DNA from: Hyphochytrium catenoides
Lineage: Eukaryota; Protista; Hyphochytriomycota
Length of the DNA: 61,013 nt
NCBI GenBank assembly: GCA_900088475.1
Contig: FLMG01000982.1
Coordinates: 1 to 61,013, forward strand
Reading direction: 5' to 3'
The translations under genes were made by a program, and so were the position numbers. Below are positions 59,052-61,013 of this stretch, piece after piece (the stretch's first letter is position 1; each line of letters begins with the position of its first letter). Under the pieces are notes generated by a model, which had not been told where the DNA came from, did not search any database, and saw only the letters and a list, made by a program, of their open reading frames with translations.

Positions 59052-60533
59052 TTAACCAAAGAAACCTCCGTCAGTCATTTTGACCTTCCTAGAGACAAGC
59101 CTCTTTAGAAAGTTCTCGTTGCTTTCGGTGTATGGGGGATAGCGCGCTCCAACCACGCGCTCAACTACGTGCTTCTCCAGCATAGCAGACTTGTATACTA
59201 CGGAACGTGTGTGGCTGAAGCTGTCAAAGGAATACTTCCCGTGATAACTTCCGGTACCACTAGGACCGACACCGCCAAATGGAAGGAGGTGGGTAGCAAT
59301 CTGCATTATGCAGTCATTCACACAGACACTCCCCGACGATGTATTGGATAGCAGCTTCTGGACGACTTTATCGTCCGACGTGAAAGCGTACATCGCCAAT
59401 GGCTTATCTCCTGCTCTGATGATCTTGATGGCTTCGTCAATAGAGCTTACAGGAACAATTGGAAGTACTGGGCCAAAGATCTCATCTTTCATTACTTCAT
59501 CCTGAACTGTCACGTTCTGCAGCGCTGTGAACTCGATGAACAGGTCTTCCTCGTCGTAACGGCCGCCAATAGCAATCTTGTTCTGGGCTCCGTCTACCAG
59601 CTTTCTTACACGCTCAAAGTGACGACGGTTGACGATCCGTGAGTACGAATTGGATTTCTGCTGGTCTTCGCCATAGAACTTGGTAAGCGCTGCCTTCATC
59701 TCAACCAAGAGCGCCTCCTGCATTTTTGGGCTGCACAGTACATAGTCTGGAGCCACACATATTTGTCCAGCGTTGACAGTCTTTCCCCAGACTAGACGAG
59801 TAGCTGCTAGCGCTGGATCAATATCGTCACTGACATACACGGGACTCTTTCCTCCTAGCTCAAGGATGACTGGAGTGAGGTGCTCTGCAGCGGCTCTCAT
59901 GACAATCTTTCCAACCGCGCCATTGCCGGTGTAGAGAATTTTGTCAAACTTTTCCTTCAGTAGCGTTGTGGTCTCCTCTACGGCACCGTTGATAACGACG
60001 ACTTCCTTCTTAGGGAAGTATTTGGGGACGATTTCAGCAAGCAGAGAAGCGACAGAAGGAGTTACTTCAGAGGGCTTTAGCACAGCAGTATTTCCAGCCG
60101 CTAAGGCGCCGACTAAAGGACAGAGAAGCAGCTGGAAAGGGAAGTTCCACGGCCCGATAATCAGAACTGTTCCAAGAGGCTCTTTAACAGTGAAAAGATC
60201 CTCCGCTTTGTTTGCCAGAGGAACGCCTGATGCCTTTTCCTTAGCAGTCCATGTAGCAAGGTTATCAATAGCAATGGCTATCTCGTCCTGGACAAATGAT
60301 AGTTCATAGAGACTGGACTCCAGGCTGGGCTTCCTGAGGTCATTGTGCAGTGCCGCCTTGATTGCATCGGCTTCGTTGACGACGAGCTTGTTCAATGTGC
60401 GAAGGAGCTCTTTCCGACGCTGAACATTGTTGGCCTCGCCGACGACCCACGAGTCTTTACATTCTTGCACAAGCCGAGGGATATCGGCGACGGGAGTGAA
60501 TATCAGGTCAACTTTGTTCTTTGGACCATTCAT
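59052..60533 (-). CDS. ALDH3: Intronless aldehyde dehydrogenase, family 3 (fatty/long-chain aldehyde dehydrogenase-like)
   Basis: EPLGTVLIIGPWNFP, LKPSE, YTGNGAVGKIV, ELGGKSP, NAGQICVAPDY, EIFGPVLP, PFGGVGPSGTGSYHGKYSFDSFSH, RYPPY. Likely start is MNGPK at 60533; the ORF extends to 60602. Confidence 0.96.
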   Translation of the reverse strand: MNGPKNKVDLIFTPVADIPRLVQECKDSWVVGEANNVQRRKELLRTLNKLVVNEADAIKAALHNDLRKPSLESSLYELSFVQDEIAIAIDNLATWTAKEKASGVPLANKAEDLFTVKEPLGTVLIIGPWNFPFQLLLCPLVGALAAGNTAVLKPSEVTPSVASLLAEIVPKYFPKKEVVVINGAVEETTTLLKEKFDKILYTGNGAVGKIVMRAAAEHLTPVILELGGKSPVYVSDDIDPALAATRLVWGKTVNAGQICVAPDYVLCSPKMQEALLVEMKAALTKFYGEDQQKSNSYSRIVNRRHFERVRKLVDGAQNKIAIGGRYDEEDLFIEFTALQNVTVQDEVMKDEIFGPVLPIVPVSSIDEAIKIIRAGDKPLAMYAFTSDDKVVQKLLSNTSSGSVCVNDCIMQIATHLLPFGGVGPSGTGSYHGKYSFDSFSHTRSVVYKSAMLEKHVVERVVGARYPPYTESNENFLKRLVSRKVKMTDGGFFG

Positions 60534-61013
60534 GGTTGGCTCTTGGAATCCAAGGCGCGGGCGGAAGAAGTGCCGTCGCTTGCCAATGCGTCTTCTAAGC
60601 ACTGGGTGTTAGGGGAAGTAGCTTTTGATGGGTAGAAGAAAACGGAAAGTGAATGTGCGAATGTGTGAGTACTAGGAAGAGCGCTTTCTGGTCAGTCTCC
60701 ATCCACACAAGAAAGTTATAAGGTAGCTCGCTCCACAGTTCTACTAGCAACTCCTCTGCTTGTCCTCGCTCATAGGAGAGAATGAGCTCGTATTTATATT
60801 GACAGAGATCGTTAGTTCAGCTGGTGTAAGCTCCTCTTGATGAGAACCAAAACCGTGAACAGAGGGAAGAAGGAAGAGGGGAGAGAGAGAGTTTATCAAG
60901 TCTCGATCAGTTGAGGAGGAGATGATGGTGCCCTCAGAAACAAAGCTTGGGACATGCTTTTATGCCTGTTCTAACAGCTGGCTTCCGCATAGGACTACTC
61001 TCTCTCTCTCTCT

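Noticed and set aside
1-61013. Alternative genetic code, tRNA or rRNA genes
   Set aside because: Conserved exons I checked translate without in-frame stops under the standard code, and TAA, TAG and TGA all terminate genes. No RNA gene was recognisable by eye.

Overview
Eukaryotic, intron-rich draft-assembly window with two N gaps. It is probably a non-opisthokont protist, plausibly a stramenopile; this is inferred from a gamma-carbonic anhydrase, a DA1-type LIM peptidase and the style of the BAP31-like protein. Most ORF-track entries are exon fragments or CT/AG-microsatellite artefacts. Manual splicing gives about 14 genes: a RING protein ending in a CaaX box, an MFS transporter, mitochondrial gamma-CA, a NACHT/STAND NTPase, uL13m, CK2 beta, a METTL18-like methyltransferase, Tousled-like kinase, a RADX-like OB-fold protein, a hypothetical protein, N6AMT1, a DA1-like LIM peptidase, a BAP31-like protein, an intronless membrane-anchored EEP hydrolase and an intronless ALDH3. 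Main highlights: (1) a textbook AT-AC U12-type intron in the RADX-like gene and a likely GT-AG U12 intron in CK2 beta, implying a minor spliceosome; (2) a RADX homologue in a protist; (3) a sensor-less NACHT protein with about 9 unrecognised helical repeats and a DGLNE Walker B; (4) a -1 frame break in the TLK Gly-rich loop exactly on a G_GGA_AAG slippery heptamer, which may be recoding or an assembly error; (5) a decayed PIF/Harbinger-like element whose Myb/SANT gene is present as an inverted pair. All homology calls come from motif recognition only; no database searches were run.
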